Source: Candidatus Saccharimonadota bacterium (GTDB taxonomy: Bacteria > Patescibacteriota > Saccharimonadia > Saccharimonadales > UBA10212). From it: 64,000 nt of DNA. The translations under genes were made by a program, and so were the position numbers. Below, one piece after another: positions 9,617-20,773 of this stretch. The DNA lies in the NCBI GenBank assembly GCA_013815775.1, contig JACDFN010000001.1, positions 241,858 to 305,857 on the forward strand. The letters run 5' to 3'. Under the pieces are notes generated by a model. It was not told the origin of the DNA and did not search any database. It was given only the letters and a program-made list of their open reading frames with translations. Numbering within the stretch: position 1 is the first letter of the stretch; every line of letters starts with the position of its first letter.

Positions 9617-10789
9617 TTGATTATTCGTAAACCAAGATTTACCCTAATTAGGCGTGGCGGCAAATCGGGCGATGAGCCTCTTTTGGCTTTGCCCAGCGTT
9701 TCATCGCGGTTACCCTCTAGATCCCGTCGTAAATATATTCGGTGGGGTATAATTTCTGGTAACTTTCTATTACTTATTGCGGTAGCTGTATTCATTATGA
9801 CCAATCGTTCTGCTAATCAAACCGTGCGTTCGAGTACAGTAAGCAGTGCTGTTGGTACAGCCAGCTCAATATCAAGTCCTCTGGACGAGCTGTCTTCTGC
9901 AAAGATTGCCCTCCAGGCCGCCCAAATGACTAATTTACCGGAGGCTACGGCGGTTAGAAACCAAGCAGATACAGAAAGCACTCTGCTGGCTGTGGCATCC
10001 AGCGATACAAATATTGTCGCTAAGCCTCAAATTGTGGCCACTGCGCAGAAATCCAAGCACGATATTCGACGCTACACCGCTAAGCCCGGGGATACCATAA
10101 CCGGTCTTGCTACTAAGTTTGGTATAGCTCCCAACGGCATTAGATGGTCTAACGGACTAACCGGTGAGCCTATACCTGCGGGGAAAGTGTTATTAATCCC
10201 TCCCGCTGACGGTATTGTCTATACTGTTAAAGCTGGAGACACCATAGATAGTCTCGTTGGTAAATATCAAGCCAACAAAGATAGCTTCATCACTGTTAAT
10301 GATGCAGAGAGCGGCAGTCTTGCTGTCGGTAGCATTATATGGATACCAAACGGAACCCAACCATTGCCAACACTTAGGTTCAGAGCTACGAATTCTAGCA
10401 GTTTTTTCGGAGCGGTGTATGGCAGCAATGGCTACGACAGAGGATACTGTACTTGGTGGGCAGCTTACCGTCGGACCCAAGTTGGACAACCCATCCCCAG
10501 TAATCTCGGTAACGCAATTACTTGGAAATCTCGTGCTCAAAGTGCTGGTTTTGGTACCGGCAATGTGCCCAGAAAAGGTGCTGTTATTTGGACACCGGCC
10601 TCAAGTGGTTATGGTCATGTGGGCTTTGTAGAAGAAATAAATGCTGACGGAAGCGTTTGGGCGTCTGATATGAATTCAAGAGGTTATGCCCGAATGGATG
10701 TTAATAGTGGTAGTGCAGGTGGTTGGAACAGAGTAAGCTATCGATTATTATCCCCCGAAAAAGCCGCTACCTTTGGATATATCTACTAG
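9617..10789 (+). CDS. secreted peptidoglycan hydrolase with two LysM domains and a C-terminal CHAP amidase/peptidase domain; start uncertain (TTG in track)
   Basis: Two LysM repeats (YTAKPGDTITGLATKFGI..., YTVKAGDTIDSLVGKYQ). CHAP catalytic Cys (GYCTWWAAYRR) and His (GYGHVGFVEE). Confidence 0.75.
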   Translation: MIIRKPRFTLIRRGGKSGDEPLLALPSVSSRLPSRSRRKYIRWGIISGNFLLLIAVAVFIMTNRSANQTVRSSTVSSAVGTASSISSPLDELSSAKIALQAAQMTNLPEATAVRNQADTESTLLAVASSDTNIVAKPQIVATAQKSKHDIRRYTAKPGDTITGLATKFGIAPNGIRWSNGLTGEPIPAGKVLLIPPADGIVYTVKAGDTIDSLVGKYQANKDSFITVNDAESGSLAVGSIIWIPNGTQPLPTLRFRATNSSSFFGAVYGSNGYDRGYCTWWAAYRRTQVGQPIPSNLGNAITWKSRAQSAGFGTGNVPRKGAVIWTPASSGYGHVGFVEEINADGSVWASDMNSRGYARMDVNSGSAGGWNRVSYRLLSPEKAATFGYIY

Positions 10790-10801
10790 GATGTAGACCT
10801 A

Positions 10802-10825
10802 ATGAGAGGGGGACACCCCTCTCAT
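10802..10825 (+). terminator. GC-rich hairpin after the CHAP gene (10-bp stem, ACAC loop), weak U-tail
   Basis: atgagagggggACACcccctctcat is a perfect inverted repeat 13 nt after the stop codon. Confidence 0.35.
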
Positions 10826-10950
10826 CGGTGCTTTCGAAGTAAATTCCCCTAACAAAAAAATCTAGATGACGACGTAGTGACAAGTTAAGAGAGTGACAAA
10901 GTAGTAAGCTTAGCTTGCAAGCAGGACGGTGTGATGCGAAACTCTAGGGT

Positions 10951-12228
10951 ATGTTTGTTGATAGAGCACAGGTGACTTTTCAAGCTGGCGACGGAGGCAA
11001 TGGGGTCACCAGCTTTAGGCACGATAAGTTTAAACACCGAGGTGGTCCTGATGGTGGCGATGGTGGCGATGGCGGTGATATTATCTTGATGGCCAGCCGC
11101 AACCAGAACACTCTGGCCGATTTTCGTTATAAAAAAACCGTTAAGGCGGAAGGTGGTGAGTCGGGTCGCAAGTCTAAAAAGCATGGTAAGAGTGCAAACG
11201 ACATGAAAGTCTTGGTGCCGGTTGGTACAGCGGTGATGGGAATGAACGGAGAAACTATTTCAGATTTAACCACAGACGGCCAGATAACTATTATCGCTCA
11301 AGGGGGGAAAGGAGGTTTTGGTAATGCTCATTTCGTTAGCTCTACAAGGCAAGCCCCGCGAATAGCCGAGAAAGGAGAGAAAGGCGAAGTAGTGGAAACG
11401 GTATTGGAGCTTAAGATGATTGCCGACGTAGGCATTGTAGGTCTGCCAAACGCCGGTAAGTCTACACTACTTTCCGTTATCAGTAACGCAAAGCCAGAAA
11501 TAGCTAGCTACCCCTTTACTACGCTGCGCCCTAACCTAGGTGTGGTAGATATAGATAAACGTACTAGTTTACTTTTTGCGGACATTCCAGGACTGATTGA
11601 AGGTGCTAGTGAAGGAAAGGGTCTAGGCGACGAATTTCTTAGGCATGTAGAACGAACTAGTGTGCTGGTGCACCTCATCGATTCATATAGCGAGGAACTA
11701 GAGGGCGACTACAAGACAATCGTAAATGAACTTAAATCCTACAAGATAGATCTTAGTGAACGTCCCCGAGTGGTGGCATTAACTAAGATCGAAGGTAAAG
11801 AAAGTAGGGAACTAGAATCCAAGATAAAGACTTTAAAAAAGCTAACACCTCGCGGTACCCAAGTATTGTCTATTTCCAGTCCTAGCAGTCAGGGCATACC
11901 AGAACTTTTACGAGTAGTTGAAAAGCGCGTAGAGGCAGCCCAAAAAGCCCAGAGTCGTAAGAAAAGTAAGCCTTCAATTCCAGTTATCACTCTTAAGCAA
12001 ACAGAGGATAGCTGGTATGTGGAAAAGTCTAAAGAAGGGTTTGTAATCACCGGCAAGAAAATTGAACGGTTTGCGCGCCGGACGGACTTTGACGATTATC
12101 ATGGCCGGCAGCGACTGCGTGACATTATGAAAAAAATGGGAATTATTCGCGAACTGGAGCGATACAAAATAGAGCCAGAACAGAAAATAGCTATCGGTTC
12201 ACCAGAAATCGGAACTATAGAGTATTAG
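10951..12228 (+). CDS. obg: GTPase Obg/CgtA
   Basis: Obg-fold N-terminus with a glycine-rich repeat (GGPDGGDGGDGGD), G1 motif GLPNAGKST and a C-terminal OCT-like domain. Confidence 0.9.
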   Translation: MFVDRAQVTFQAGDGGNGVTSFRHDKFKHRGGPDGGDGGDGGDIILMASRNQNTLADFRYKKTVKAEGGESGRKSKKHGKSANDMKVLVPVGTAVMGMNGETISDLTTDGQITIIAQGGKGGFGNAHFVSSTRQAPRIAEKGEKGEVVETVLELKMIADVGIVGLPNAGKSTLLSVISNAKPEIASYPFTTLRPNLGVVDIDKRTSLLFADIPGLIEGASEGKGLGDEFLRHVERTSVLVHLIDSYSEELEGDYKTIVNELKSYKIDLSERPRVVALTKIEGKESRELESKIKTLKKLTPRGTQVLSISSPSSQGIPELLRVVEKRVEAAQKAQSRKKSKPSIPVITLKQTEDSWYVEKSKEGFVITGKKIERFARRTDFDDYHGRQRLRDIMKKMGIIRELERYKIEPEQKIAIGSPEIGTIEY

Positions 12229-12305
12229 TTCTTATCCTTGGTATTGATATGGCCCCAAGGCTATAATTCGTGGATGGAGAGCTATTTAATAATATGGAAT
12301 AAATA

Positions 12306-13730
12306 ATGACATTCTACTTCTATGACCTAGAAACTGGTGGATTAAGCCCTAGAGCAAGCCGGATAATGCAGTTTGCGGGCCAGCGAACCGATATGGAGTT
12401 AAGACCTGTTGGCGAGCCGGATAATATCTTAATCAAGATGACACCGGACGCTTTGCCTGATCCCGACGCGGTCTTAGTAACCGGAATTACCCCGCAGGCT
12501 ACATTAGCAGGTGGAATAACCGAATCCGAGTTTGTAAATTACTTAACAAGTAAAGTATTTTTACCGGACACTATTTTTGTTGGCTACAATAACGTTCGTT
12601 TTGATGACGAATTCATGCGGTTTACGCTGTGGCGAAATCTTGCCGATCCTTATGAATGGCAATGGAAAAACGGTTGCAGCCGGTGGGATATCCTAGATAT
12701 AGCTCGTATGACTCGTGCCCTTAGGCCTGAAGGATTAAAGTGGCCTTATGGGGAAGACGGCACACCAAACGTAAAACTGGAAAAACTAAGCGAACTGAAT
12801 AATTTAACACATAGCAATGCACACGATGCTCTTAGTGACGTAATGGCAGTCATTGGTGTGGCCAAGTTAATTAAGCAAAAGCAACCCAAACTTTATGATT
12901 ACCTGCTAAAAAATAGGTATAAGAAAGAAGTACAGAAATTAGTTGAAAAAAATGAGCCGATTATTTATTCCAGCGGACGTTATCCTGGTAATTACGAAAA
13001 AACAACTGTTACGATTGCTGTGGCCTACCCGTCAGACGGCCGTGGTGCCCTAATGTATGACTTACGCATTATTCCCGATAGTTTTACTGACTTAAGCAGC
13101 GCGGAGCTTGCCGCAATGTGGAGTAAAACTGGCAAGGATGCGCCTTATTTTCCAGTTAAAAGACTTGCCTACAATCGCTGTCCGGTTATTGCTCCATTCT
13201 CTGTTCTCGATAGTAAAAGCGAAAAACGATTGCATATAGACAATAAGCTGGTAGCCGAAAATCTACAGAAACTACGAAAAGCCGATAGTTTCGGGGACAG
13301 ACTGCTTGATTCACTACAGATAATGGATAGGAAAAGACAAACCGAAATAGAGCTAAACGAACAATTAGTGGATGAGTTACTTTACGATAGTTTCATAAGT
13401 GGAACTGATAAAACAAAGATGAGCGTGGTAAGGGCTAGTGATCCCCAAGAGCTCGCCAACCTGAACATTAAGTTTAACGACCAACGGTTAAACTTATTAC
13501 TACCAATATATAAAGCCCGCAACTTTCCTAAATACTTAAACGACGACGAAAAAGCTTGGTGGGAAAAATTTAGAATAGCAAAGCTACTTGCTGGCGGAGA
13601 TAACAGCCGCAGCTCAGCGTATTTTAAACGAATTCGGGGACTATCTAACCAGCCAGGTCTGACAGACCAAGATAAATATTTATTGGAGGAGCTAAACCTT
13701 TACGGGCAGTCTATTATGCCTGGCGCTTAA
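12306..13730 (+). CDS. sbcB: exodeoxyribonuclease I
   Basis: Strong similarity to the ExoI DnaQ-like exonuclease core (FYFYDLETGG; GYNNVRFDDEF; PYEWQWKNGCSRWDILD; HSNAHDALSDV). Confidence 0.8.
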   Translation: MTFYFYDLETGGLSPRASRIMQFAGQRTDMELRPVGEPDNILIKMTPDALPDPDAVLVTGITPQATLAGGITESEFVNYLTSKVFLPDTIFVGYNNVRFDDEFMRFTLWRNLADPYEWQWKNGCSRWDILDIARMTRALRPEGLKWPYGEDGTPNVKLEKLSELNNLTHSNAHDALSDVMAVIGVAKLIKQKQPKLYDYLLKNRYKKEVQKLVEKNEPIIYSSGRYPGNYEKTTVTIAVAYPSDGRGALMYDLRIIPDSFTDLSSAELAAMWSKTGKDAPYFPVKRLAYNRCPVIAPFSVLDSKSEKRLHIDNKLVAENLQKLRKADSFGDRLLDSLQIMDRKRQTEIELNEQLVDELLYDSFISGTDKTKMSVVRASDPQELANLNIKFNDQRLNLLLPIYKARNFPKYLNDDEKAWWEKFRIAKLLAGGDNSRSSAYFKRIRGLSNQPGLTDQDKYLLEELNLYGQSIMPGA

Positions 13731-13980
13731 ACTTCGCCCAAGCCTTCTTTGTTTTTTCTAGGGCCAACTTCATTTGATCGACTAGCCATGATCTAACTTT
13801 TTCTGCAGCCGCGAACTCTGTTGCCAGTATTGCAAATCCACCAAAAATTATTAGCCAGCCCGGACCAGGCAAGGGGAGTAAAACAAGCCCAACTATTACG
13901 ACAAAAGTTCCAATTATAAAAACCAGGGGCTTCCTAACCGCGGCTGGGATGCTCTTCCAGTACCTCTTAAAGCTATCCAT
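13714..13980 (-). CDS. small membrane protein, PGPGW-motif (TIGR02611-like) family
   Basis: 88 aa, two TM helices with LPLPGPGWLIIFGG. Confidence 0.5.
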   Translation of the reverse strand: MDSFKRYWKSIPAAVRKPLVFIIGTFVVIVGLVLLPLPGPGWLIIFGGFAILATEFAAAEKVRSWLVDQMKLALEKTKKAWAKFKRQA

Positions 13981-13996
13981 ATCTTTATTATACTCT

Positions 13997-14179
13997 TTAA
14001 AGTTTAGGTAAACGTAAACGAAGAAGCTGAACTTGAATAAGAAATAGTCTAATTGAGCGTCTCTCTATATAAATTAGCAAAGACACCAGCAACATACCTA
14101 CAATTATTAGGTAGTGGGTGAAACTGATATAGTATTCGGTGCCCGGAATTTGGCCTAGCACAATAAGGTAGTCAATCAT
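13997..14179 (-). CDS. small hypothetical membrane protein (start at internal MIDY...)
   Basis: Hydrophobic 60-aa ORF on the same strand as the PGPGW gene; a GAGAGG-like SD lies 6 nt upstream of the internal ATG. Confidence 0.3.
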   Translation of the reverse strand: MIDYLIVLGQIPGTEYYISFTHYLIIVGMLLVSLLIYIERRSIRLFLIQVQLLRLRLPKL

Positions 14180-14326
14180 AGCCCGCCTCTCTCTAAGCAT
14201 TAATCTACCACATTATTGATATAAATGCAAGTAGATTGTAATAAATCTTATGCTTAATGATTTCCCCTTGCAAGGGCCTAGGGTATGGATTTAGTTTGGT
14301 TTTTTATGTATAATCATTCAGCTTAA

Positions 14327-17137
14327 ATGAGTGATTTAATCAGAGTCAGAGGAGCCCGGGAACACAATCTCAAGAACATTAATCTTGATATCCCGCGCGA
14401 TAAGCTAGTTGTGATAACAGGACTGTCCGGTTCCGGTAAGTCCTCGCTGGCTTTTGACACTATTTATGCCGAAGGCCAACGCCGATATGTTGAATCTCTA
14501 AGTGCCTACGCCAGACAGTTTTTGGGACTTATGGAAAAACCGGATGTCGACCAGATCGATGGACTTAGCCCAGCTATCAGCATTGACCAAAAATCTACTA
14601 GTCGTAACCCCCGCAGTACAGTCGCCACAGTTACCGAGATTTATGATTACCTAAGACTATTGTTTGCTCGTACCGGGGTTCCCCACTGCCCTTTTTGTGG
14701 CAAACCCGTTGCCCGTCAGACAATCGCCGCTGTAGTTGACCAAGTTGCGGGTGCTAACGTTAAGGCGAGACTTATGATTTTAGCGCCAGTTGTTCTTGAT
14801 AAGAAAGGTGTTTTTGAACACATTCCCGAGCAATACCAAAGGGCAGGCTTTGCTCGCGCACGGGTTGACGGCATCATCTATTCTCTAGATGAATTTCCTG
14901 TTTTGGATAGAAAATTCAAACATAAAATTGAAATTATTGTTGATCGATTAATTAACGATGATGAAAACAGGACTCGTCTGGCCCAGAGCGTGGAACAAGC
15001 CTTCGATATTGCAGATGGTTTACTAACGGTAAATAACGCCGATACTAAACAAGATGTGAGCTATAACCTTAAATATGCATGCGAAGACCATCCTGACGTA
15101 GCTATTCCGGAACTAGAGCCACGAACCTTTAGCTTTAATTCTCCTCATGGTGCTTGCCCAATCTGCACAGGTTTGGGTAACCGCCTAGAAGTTGATCCGG
15201 AACTGGTTATTCCTAACGGGCGGCTCACTATCGCCGAGGGAGCTATCCGTCCTTTTAATCGTATTAATACAGACGCTTGGCATATGAAGAGGCTGCAGGC
15301 AGTTTCCGATAGATATGGATTTTCTTTGCATGTTCCAACTTCAAAAATAAGTTCGTCCCAGATGGAAAAAATCTTGTACGGTACAGGGCAGGAAACCTAC
15401 CGAGTAAATCTTGGACTTGGACGGACTTTTAACACCACCTATGAGGGGGTTATCCCTAACTTAGAGCGAAGGCATAAAGAAACCGATAGCGACTTTATGC
15501 GCCGAGACATTGAAAGGTTCATGCAAGAACGTCCTTGCCACGCCTGTAAAGGTCGCAGGCTAAAGCCAGAAGTTTTAGCAATAACAGTTGCCAACATGTC
15601 CATTATGGACATAAGTGAACTAAGTATTGATGATGCCGTAATTTTCTTTAAAGAGATCAAACTGTCGCTTACTCAGCAAAAAATAGCCCACCAAATTTTA
15701 AAAGAAATAAACGCTCGTCTTAAATTCCTGCAAGATGTCGGTTTAAATTATTTAGAACTGGCACGCAGTGCGGTATCGCTTTCCGGCGGCGAAGCCCAGC
15801 GTATCCGGCTGGCCACCCAGATTGGATCCGGTTTACAAGGTGTTCTGTACGTGCTTGATGAGCCCAGCATTGGCTTGCATCAGCGTGATAATAATCGGCT
15901 TCTTAGCACTTTAAAACATTTGCGCGACCTGGGTAACAGCGTAATTGTAGTCGAGCACGATGAGGAAACGATTCGCAGCGCTGATTTTTTGGTAGATATT
16001 GGTCCGGGTGCCGGCATACATGGAGGAGAAGTTATTGCCACAGGCACCCCCCAGCAAGTCTCTAAAGTAAAAACTAGCGTTACTGCCCAGTTTCTAAGAG
16101 GTGAACGTCTCATACCTACGCCTAAAAAACGCCGGCCCGGCAACGGTAAGCGGCTTGAAATAAAAGGCGCCAGGGAACATAACTTAAAAAACATCGATGT
16201 AACAATCCCGCTAGGCCAACTGGTAGTAGTAAGCGGTGTTAGCGGTTCGGGAAAATCAAGCTTAATTAATGATATTCTTGCCCGTGAACTCAGCGCCCAA
16301 CTAATGCGAGCTCAGAGTGTTCCTGGTCGCCACGACGACATTGAAGGCATTTCCGAACTCGACAAAGCTATTGTCATAGATCAGTCGCCTATCGGCAGAA
16401 CCCCGCGCTCCAACCCGGCCACCTATACCGGTGTCTTTACGCCTATCCGGGAGCTTTTCGCATCTACTCCGGAAGCTAAAATCCGCGGCTATCAACCTGG
16501 ACGCTTTAGCTTTAACGTAAAAGGTGGACGGTGCGAGAACTGTGCCGGTGATGGGGTTATTAAAATTGAAATGCATTTTTTGCCTGATGTTTACGTTCCG
16601 TGCGAGGTCTGCCATGGTAAGCGCTATAACCGAGAAGCCTTGGAGATTCATTACAAAGGTAAGACTATTAGCGATGTGCTAGAAATGACTTCTGAGCAAG
16701 CTTTAGAATTTTTTGAAAATATTCCTTCCATCGCCCGCAAACTACAGACTTTGGTGGACGTAGGGCTGGGATACATCACTCTGGGCCAGCCAGCAACCAC
16801 CTTGTCTGGGGGCGAGGCTCAGCGAGTCAAGCTAGCCACTGAGCTTTCCCGGCGTCCCACAGGTCGGACCTTGTACATTTTAGACGAGCCAACAACTGGC
16901 CTTCATATGGCCGATGTAGCAAAATTGCTGGACGTGATTCACGCTTTAGTAGACGCCGGTAACAGCATGGTAATCATTGAGCACAACCTCGACGTAGTTA
17001 AATCAGCTGACTACGTCATTGATATGGGTCCCGAGGGCGGAGAAGCTGGAGGTCAAGTAGTTGCCAGCGGTACCCCAGAGCAATTAGCAAAATCTAATAC
17101 TAGTTACACCGGCCAGTTTTTATCCAAAATGCTATGA
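14327..17137 (+). CDS. uvrA: excinuclease ABC subunit A
   Basis: 936 aa with two ABC ATPase modules ([12 protein letters not shown]; [13 protein letters not shown]; LSGGEAQR x2) and zinc-finger cysteines. Confidence 0.95.
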   Translation: MSDLIRVRGAREHNLKNINLDIPRDKLVVITGLSGSGKSSLAFDTIYAEGQRRYVESLSAYARQFLGLMEKPDVDQIDGLSPAISIDQKSTSRNPRSTVATVTEIYDYLRLLFARTGVPHCPFCGKPVARQTIAAVVDQVAGANVKARLMILAPVVLDKKGVFEHIPEQYQRAGFARARVDGIIYSLDEFPVLDRKFKHKIEIIVDRLINDDENRTRLAQSVEQAFDIADGLLTVNNADTKQDVSYNLKYACEDHPDVAIPELEPRTFSFNSPHGACPICTGLGNRLEVDPELVIPNGRLTIAEGAIRPFNRINTDAWHMKRLQAVSDRYGFSLHVPTSKISSSQMEKILYGTGQETYRVNLGLGRTFNTTYEGVIPNLERRHKETDSDFMRRDIERFMQERPCHACKGRRLKPEVLAITVANMSIMDISELSIDDAVIFFKEIKLSLTQQKIAHQILKEINARLKFLQDVGLNYLELARSAVSLSGGEAQRIRLATQIGSGLQGVLYVLDEPSIGLHQRDNNRLLSTLKHLRDLGNSVIVVEHDEETIRSADFLVDIGPGAGIHGGEVIATGTPQQVSKVKTSVTAQFLRGERLIPTPKKRRPGNGKRLEIKGAREHNLKNIDVTIPLGQLVVVSGVSGSGKSSLINDILARELSAQLMRAQSVPGRHDDIEGISELDKAIVIDQSPIGRTPRSNPATYTGVFTPIRELFASTPEAKIRGYQPGRFSFNVKGGRCENCAGDGVIKIEMHFLPDVYVPCEVCHGKRYNREALEIHYKGKTISDVLEMTSEQALEFFENIPSIARKLQTLVDVGLGYITLGQPATTLSGGEAQRVKLATELSRRPTGRTLYILDEPTTGLHMADVAKLLDVIHALVDAGNSMVIIEHNLDVVKSADYVIDMGPEGGEAGGQVVASGTPEQLAKSNTSYTGQFLSKML

Positions 17138-17388
17138 GGACTACGCATAAAAATTTTGGCATTGAAAAAAGTATAAGGATTGAGGCGACCCAAGCCAACC
17201 TGCATGATTTGGAGGTCATTAAGTCTATGGTTAGGTACCGGCAGCGACTCCTTCCCAAGCATTCAAGGCGGCAGCTGCTTGAAGTCTCAATCGATGTCTT
17301 GAAAGAAGCAATAAGACTGGAACAGTCACATCGAAAACACGGGCACTTCAATACAGTTCATGAAGATTCTTGTGACGAAATCTTGTAG
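17134..17388 (+). CDS. small basic hypothetical protein, ATGA-coupled to the uvrA stop
   Basis: 84-aa ORF filling the uvrA-dedA gap exactly, with start overlapping the uvrA TGA. No domain recognised. Confidence 0.3.
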   Translation: MRTTHKNFGIEKSIRIEATQANLHDLEVIKSMVRYRQRLLPKHSRRQLLEVSIDVLKEAIRLEQSHRKHGHFNTVHEDSCDEIL

Positions 17389-17391
17389 AAC

Positions 17392-18045
17392 CTACTTTTT
17401 GCTTCTAAAAAAATGTTCCCATTCTTGGCTAATAGCAGATTTTAGCTGACGGCGTTTTTCCTTGCTTCTAAGTAACTGCAGCAGCACACTGCTTGTCGTC
17501 GCAACAGTAGCCAGAATTACCAGCGGTACGATTATTTTATCCAGATTAGGAATACGGCTGCCTATCCAATAAGCGGCCAGAGTTAAGCCTATGGTCCATA
17601 AAAATCCGCCAACAATGTTATAAAACGTGAAGTATCCTTTAGGCATTTTTCCCACACCCGCCACAAGCGGCACGATAGTTCTTACTATTGGTACGAAACG
17701 CGCAAATATTATGGCTATTGGTCCATGCCTTTTAAAGAAGGCCTCTGCTCGGTCTACATAATCTTCACGGAAGAGTATGCCATCACTACGTTTAAATATC
17801 CGGGGGCCGGCACGCTCTCCTATCAAATAGCCCACTTGATATCCAACCGTAGCAGCCAAAAAAGCAATAGGCAAAACTAAAAGAATCGGAAAAGTCTCTG
17901 GGTTGGTACTGGCAAGTAATCCAGCAGCTACCAGTAACGTATCTCCGGGTAAAAAGAAACCAATCAGCAATCCACATTCTGCAAAAATTATAAGCGCCAG
18001 GATAATTAAGCCTCCGCTTTGCAAAATTGCTTCAACGTCAAACAT
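17392..18045 (-). CDS. DedA/SNARE-associated family membrane protein
   Basis: DedA signature GFFLPGDTLLVAAGLLA with multiple TM helices. Confidence 0.85.
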   Translation of the reverse strand: MFDVEAILQSGGLIILALIIFAECGLLIGFFLPGDTLLVAAGLLASTNPETFPILLVLPIAFLAATVGYQVGYLIGERAGPRIFKRSDGILFREDYVDRAEAFFKRHGPIAIIFARFVPIVRTIVPLVAGVGKMPKGYFTFYNIVGGFLWTIGLTLAAYWIGSRIPNLDKIIVPLVILATVATTSSVLLQLLRSKEKRRQLKSAISQEWEHFFRSKK

Positions 18046-18127
18046 TAATTTAATTGTAACAGGCTGGCGCTAAACCGTTTGATATCTGTTATAATAGCTC
18101 AAGATAATTTAAGAGGTAAGTAGTTTC

Positions 18128-18793
18128 ATGGTAGCCGATGTTGATAAACCGGTTCAGCTTTCTGACCGCGCTGTAGTTCGAAAAGGTCTTGCCGGTCTTA
18201 GGCAGGAAGGATTAGTTCCGGCGGTAATACACAATCACGGGCAGCCTTCATTACACGTAATGGGGGGCGAACTTGAACTGGGTAAAATTTACCGGGTTGC
18301 TGGAAAACACCATCCCCTTGAGCTGCATGTCGGTTCTCAGCAATTTCTAGCGCTTATTAAAGAAGTTCAATTCAATCCAGTTAAACGGCGTATGCAGCAC
18401 ATAGTTTTTCAAGCCATTAGGCGTGATGAAAAAGTTGAGGCTGAGGTTCCTGTTAAGCTCATCGGCGAAGTCCCTGCAGAAAAAGTTGGACTGCTTGTGC
18501 TGCACCAACTGGACCATGTTGAAGTCGAGGCTCTACCTAAAAACCTTCCCGACGAACTAACCCTAGACGCTACAAAACTGGTAGAACTTCATGACAAACT
18601 AACTGTTGGCGATATAACCCCTCCTACAGGCGTTACAGTATTAACCGAACCAGACCACCCCGTCGCAACCGTAGTGGAGACCCGAGCGCAGGTCGCCGAG
18701 GAAGCAGCTGAAGAAACCGCTGAAGTTGAAGAAACGGGCGAAGAATCCGATGGGGCTGAAAACGCCGAAAATCAAGACGCTAAATCTGAATAA
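18128..18793 (+). CDS. rplY: 50S ribosomal protein L25 (general stress protein Ctc form) with an acidic C-terminal tail
   Basis: N-terminus matches the L25/Ctc beta-barrel (RKGLAGLRQEGLVPAVIH...). Long E-rich tail. Confidence 0.85.
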   Translation: MVADVDKPVQLSDRAVVRKGLAGLRQEGLVPAVIHNHGQPSLHVMGGELELGKIYRVAGKHHPLELHVGSQQFLALIKEVQFNPVKRRMQHIVFQAIRRDEKVEAEVPVKLIGEVPAEKVGLLVLHQLDHVEVEALPKNLPDELTLDATKLVELHDKLTVGDITPPTGVTVLTEPDHPVATVVETRAQVAEEAAEETAEVEETGEESDGAENAENQDAKSE

Positions 18794-18844
18794 GCAGTTT
18801 GCTTGCTAATTTTGTAGCAGCAGGGCTGTTTTATAATACTTCTA

Positions 18845-20359
18845 ATGTCAACGTTAAAGCTTAACGACAAACTAGGTAATCTTCCGACTACGCCAGGCGT
18901 ATATTTCCATAAAGGGTCAGACGGAGAGATTATATATATTGGAAAAGCGGCTAATTTAAAAAGCCGGGTACGCCAATACTTTCAAAAAAATCGCCCCCAG
19001 GATACTAAGACTACAGTCTTAATAAATGAAATTATGGACGTTGATTGGATTGAACTGGAAAGTGAAGTTGATGCCCTGTTTTTTGAGGCTGAGCTTGTAC
19101 GTCGCTATCAACCGCGATTTAACATCTTACTTCGTGATGATAAGAGCGCGCAGTATGTAAGAGTAGATTATAAAAGCGATTACCCAACAGTAAGTTTAGT
19201 CAGAAGGCCTTTGGACGATGGCGCCAAGTACTTTGGTCCGTACTTAAACGGGGTAGCGATAAAGAGAGCACTAAGGTTTTTACGTAAAGCCTTTCCGTTT
19301 GCTACCACGCGGCCAATTGGTCAGAAGCGAGCAAACCTTTATTATCATTTGGGCCTAGACCCGGGGCTAGAAGCCGGTAAAACTTCGCTTGAGCAGTATA
19401 GAAGCAATCTCAGAAAACTTATGCAGTACCTAAAAGGCGAGAGGGTAACCTTGGTTAACAGTATAGAAAGAGAAATGAAACGTGCCGCTAAAAACAAAGA
19501 TTTTGAGAAGGCAGCAGCGCTTCGTAACCAACTCTTTTCACTCAAGGAACTTTCCAGGCAGGTGCTGTTTAGCGATCGTGAGCTAGCGGACTCATATCGG
19601 GACGAGGCTATGGCGGAGCTATGTCGTTTGCTTGGTTTAACAAAACCGCCACGACGCATTGAGGGGTTTGACATCAGCCATTTACAGGGCACTGACAATG
19701 TGGCCAGTATGGTAGTCTTTGCTAACGGAGTTCCAGACAAAGTAAGCTATCGTAAATTCAAGATGAGGACGGTTGGGAATGACGACTTTGTCCACATGAG
19801 CGAAGCACTTTCTAGGCGTCTGAGCGAAAAAAATCGTAAGGCATGGGGCTTGCCCGGTTTGATCCTAATTGACGGCGGAAAAGGCCAGCTAAGCGCCGCA
19901 ATTGCCGCCAGAAATAAATCGGAAGCTTCTGGCATTAACATTATTGGGCTTGCTAAACGGCGAGAGGAAGTAGTTATTCATAAAACGGAAAGTTTAAAAG
20001 AGGGTTCTTATGCAAAAATTATCCAAACTGCGCAGGCAATGGAGGCACAGGTTTTTGAGACTGCAGAATTTATAAATATTTTACTTCCAACCAACTCAAA
20101 ATTAATAAAACTTCTTCAACGAATACGCGATGAATCGCATCGTTTCGCCGTTAACTATCACAGCAGTTTGAAACGAACTCGCCAGACCGCTAGTATCCTT
20201 GATGGCATTCCTGGCATAGGTCCAGCTACACGTAAAAAATTAATTAGACACTTTGGTTCAGCGCGGGCAGTTCTGCTCGCCGAACCAACCGAACTCCAAT
20301 CCTTACTGGGCCAACAAAGCGGTGCTAAGATAGCACGCTACTTAAAAACGCTTAGATAA
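18845..20359 (+). CDS. uvrC: excinuclease ABC subunit C (compact 504-aa form)
   Basis: GIY-YIG motif (GVYFHKG..GEIIYIGKAANLKSRVRQYF) and C-terminal helix-hairpin-helix (GIPGIGPATRKKLIRHFGSARAV). Confidence 0.85.
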   Translation: MSTLKLNDKLGNLPTTPGVYFHKGSDGEIIYIGKAANLKSRVRQYFQKNRPQDTKTTVLINEIMDVDWIELESEVDALFFEAELVRRYQPRFNILLRDDKSAQYVRVDYKSDYPTVSLVRRPLDDGAKYFGPYLNGVAIKRALRFLRKAFPFATTRPIGQKRANLYYHLGLDPGLEAGKTSLEQYRSNLRKLMQYLKGERVTLVNSIEREMKRAAKNKDFEKAAALRNQLFSLKELSRQVLFSDRELADSYRDEAMAELCRLLGLTKPPRRIEGFDISHLQGTDNVASMVVFANGVPDKVSYRKFKMRTVGNDDFVHMSEALSRRLSEKNRKAWGLPGLILIDGGKGQLSAAIAARNKSEASGINIIGLAKRREEVVIHKTESLKEGSYAKIIQTAQAMEAQVFETAEFINILLPTNSKLIKLLQRIRDESHRFAVNYHSSLKRTRQTASILDGIPGIGPATRKKLIRHFGSARAVLLAEPTELQSLLGQQSGAKIARYLKTLR

Positions 20360-20383
20360 GCTACTCGCGGATTAAGTAGTCAA

Positions 20384-20773
20384 TTGATACAATATTACTT
20401 AAGCATGAGAGGTCTATTAATTCATTTTGCCGTACGCTGGCTAGCATCTAGCCTGGGTCTTTTTGTGGCAGCCGGGCTGCTGGGAAGCACTAGACTCAGT
20501 GTGGGCGGCAATTTGACCACTGTTGCTGCAGCGGGCTTTTTCTTAGCCCTGGTTAACATGGCTATTAAGCCCGTCCTGGTACTCTTATCATTTCCGGTTA
20601 TTCTCATGAGTATTGGCATTTTTATGTTAGTCATAAACGGCTTTATGATTCTTTTGGTCAGTTATTTGTATAGTCCATTGTTTGTTAAAAACCTAGGGGT
20701 AGCTATAATAGCAGGACTTATAGTAGGTTTTGTAAACTTTCTGGTAAGCAAAGTCTTGGAGGACTTAGTATGA
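20384..20773 (+). CDS. DUF360 / phage-holin-4-like small membrane protein
   Basis: 129 aa with 4 predicted TM helices and YvlD/DUF360-like architecture. ATGA-coupled to secG. Confidence 0.55.
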   Translation: MIQYYLSMRGLLIHFAVRWLASSLGLFVAAGLLGSTRLSVGGNLTTVAAAGFFLALVNMAIKPVLVLLSFPVILMSIGIFMLVINGFMILLVSYLYSPLFVKNLGVAIIAGLIVGFVNFLVSKVLEDLV

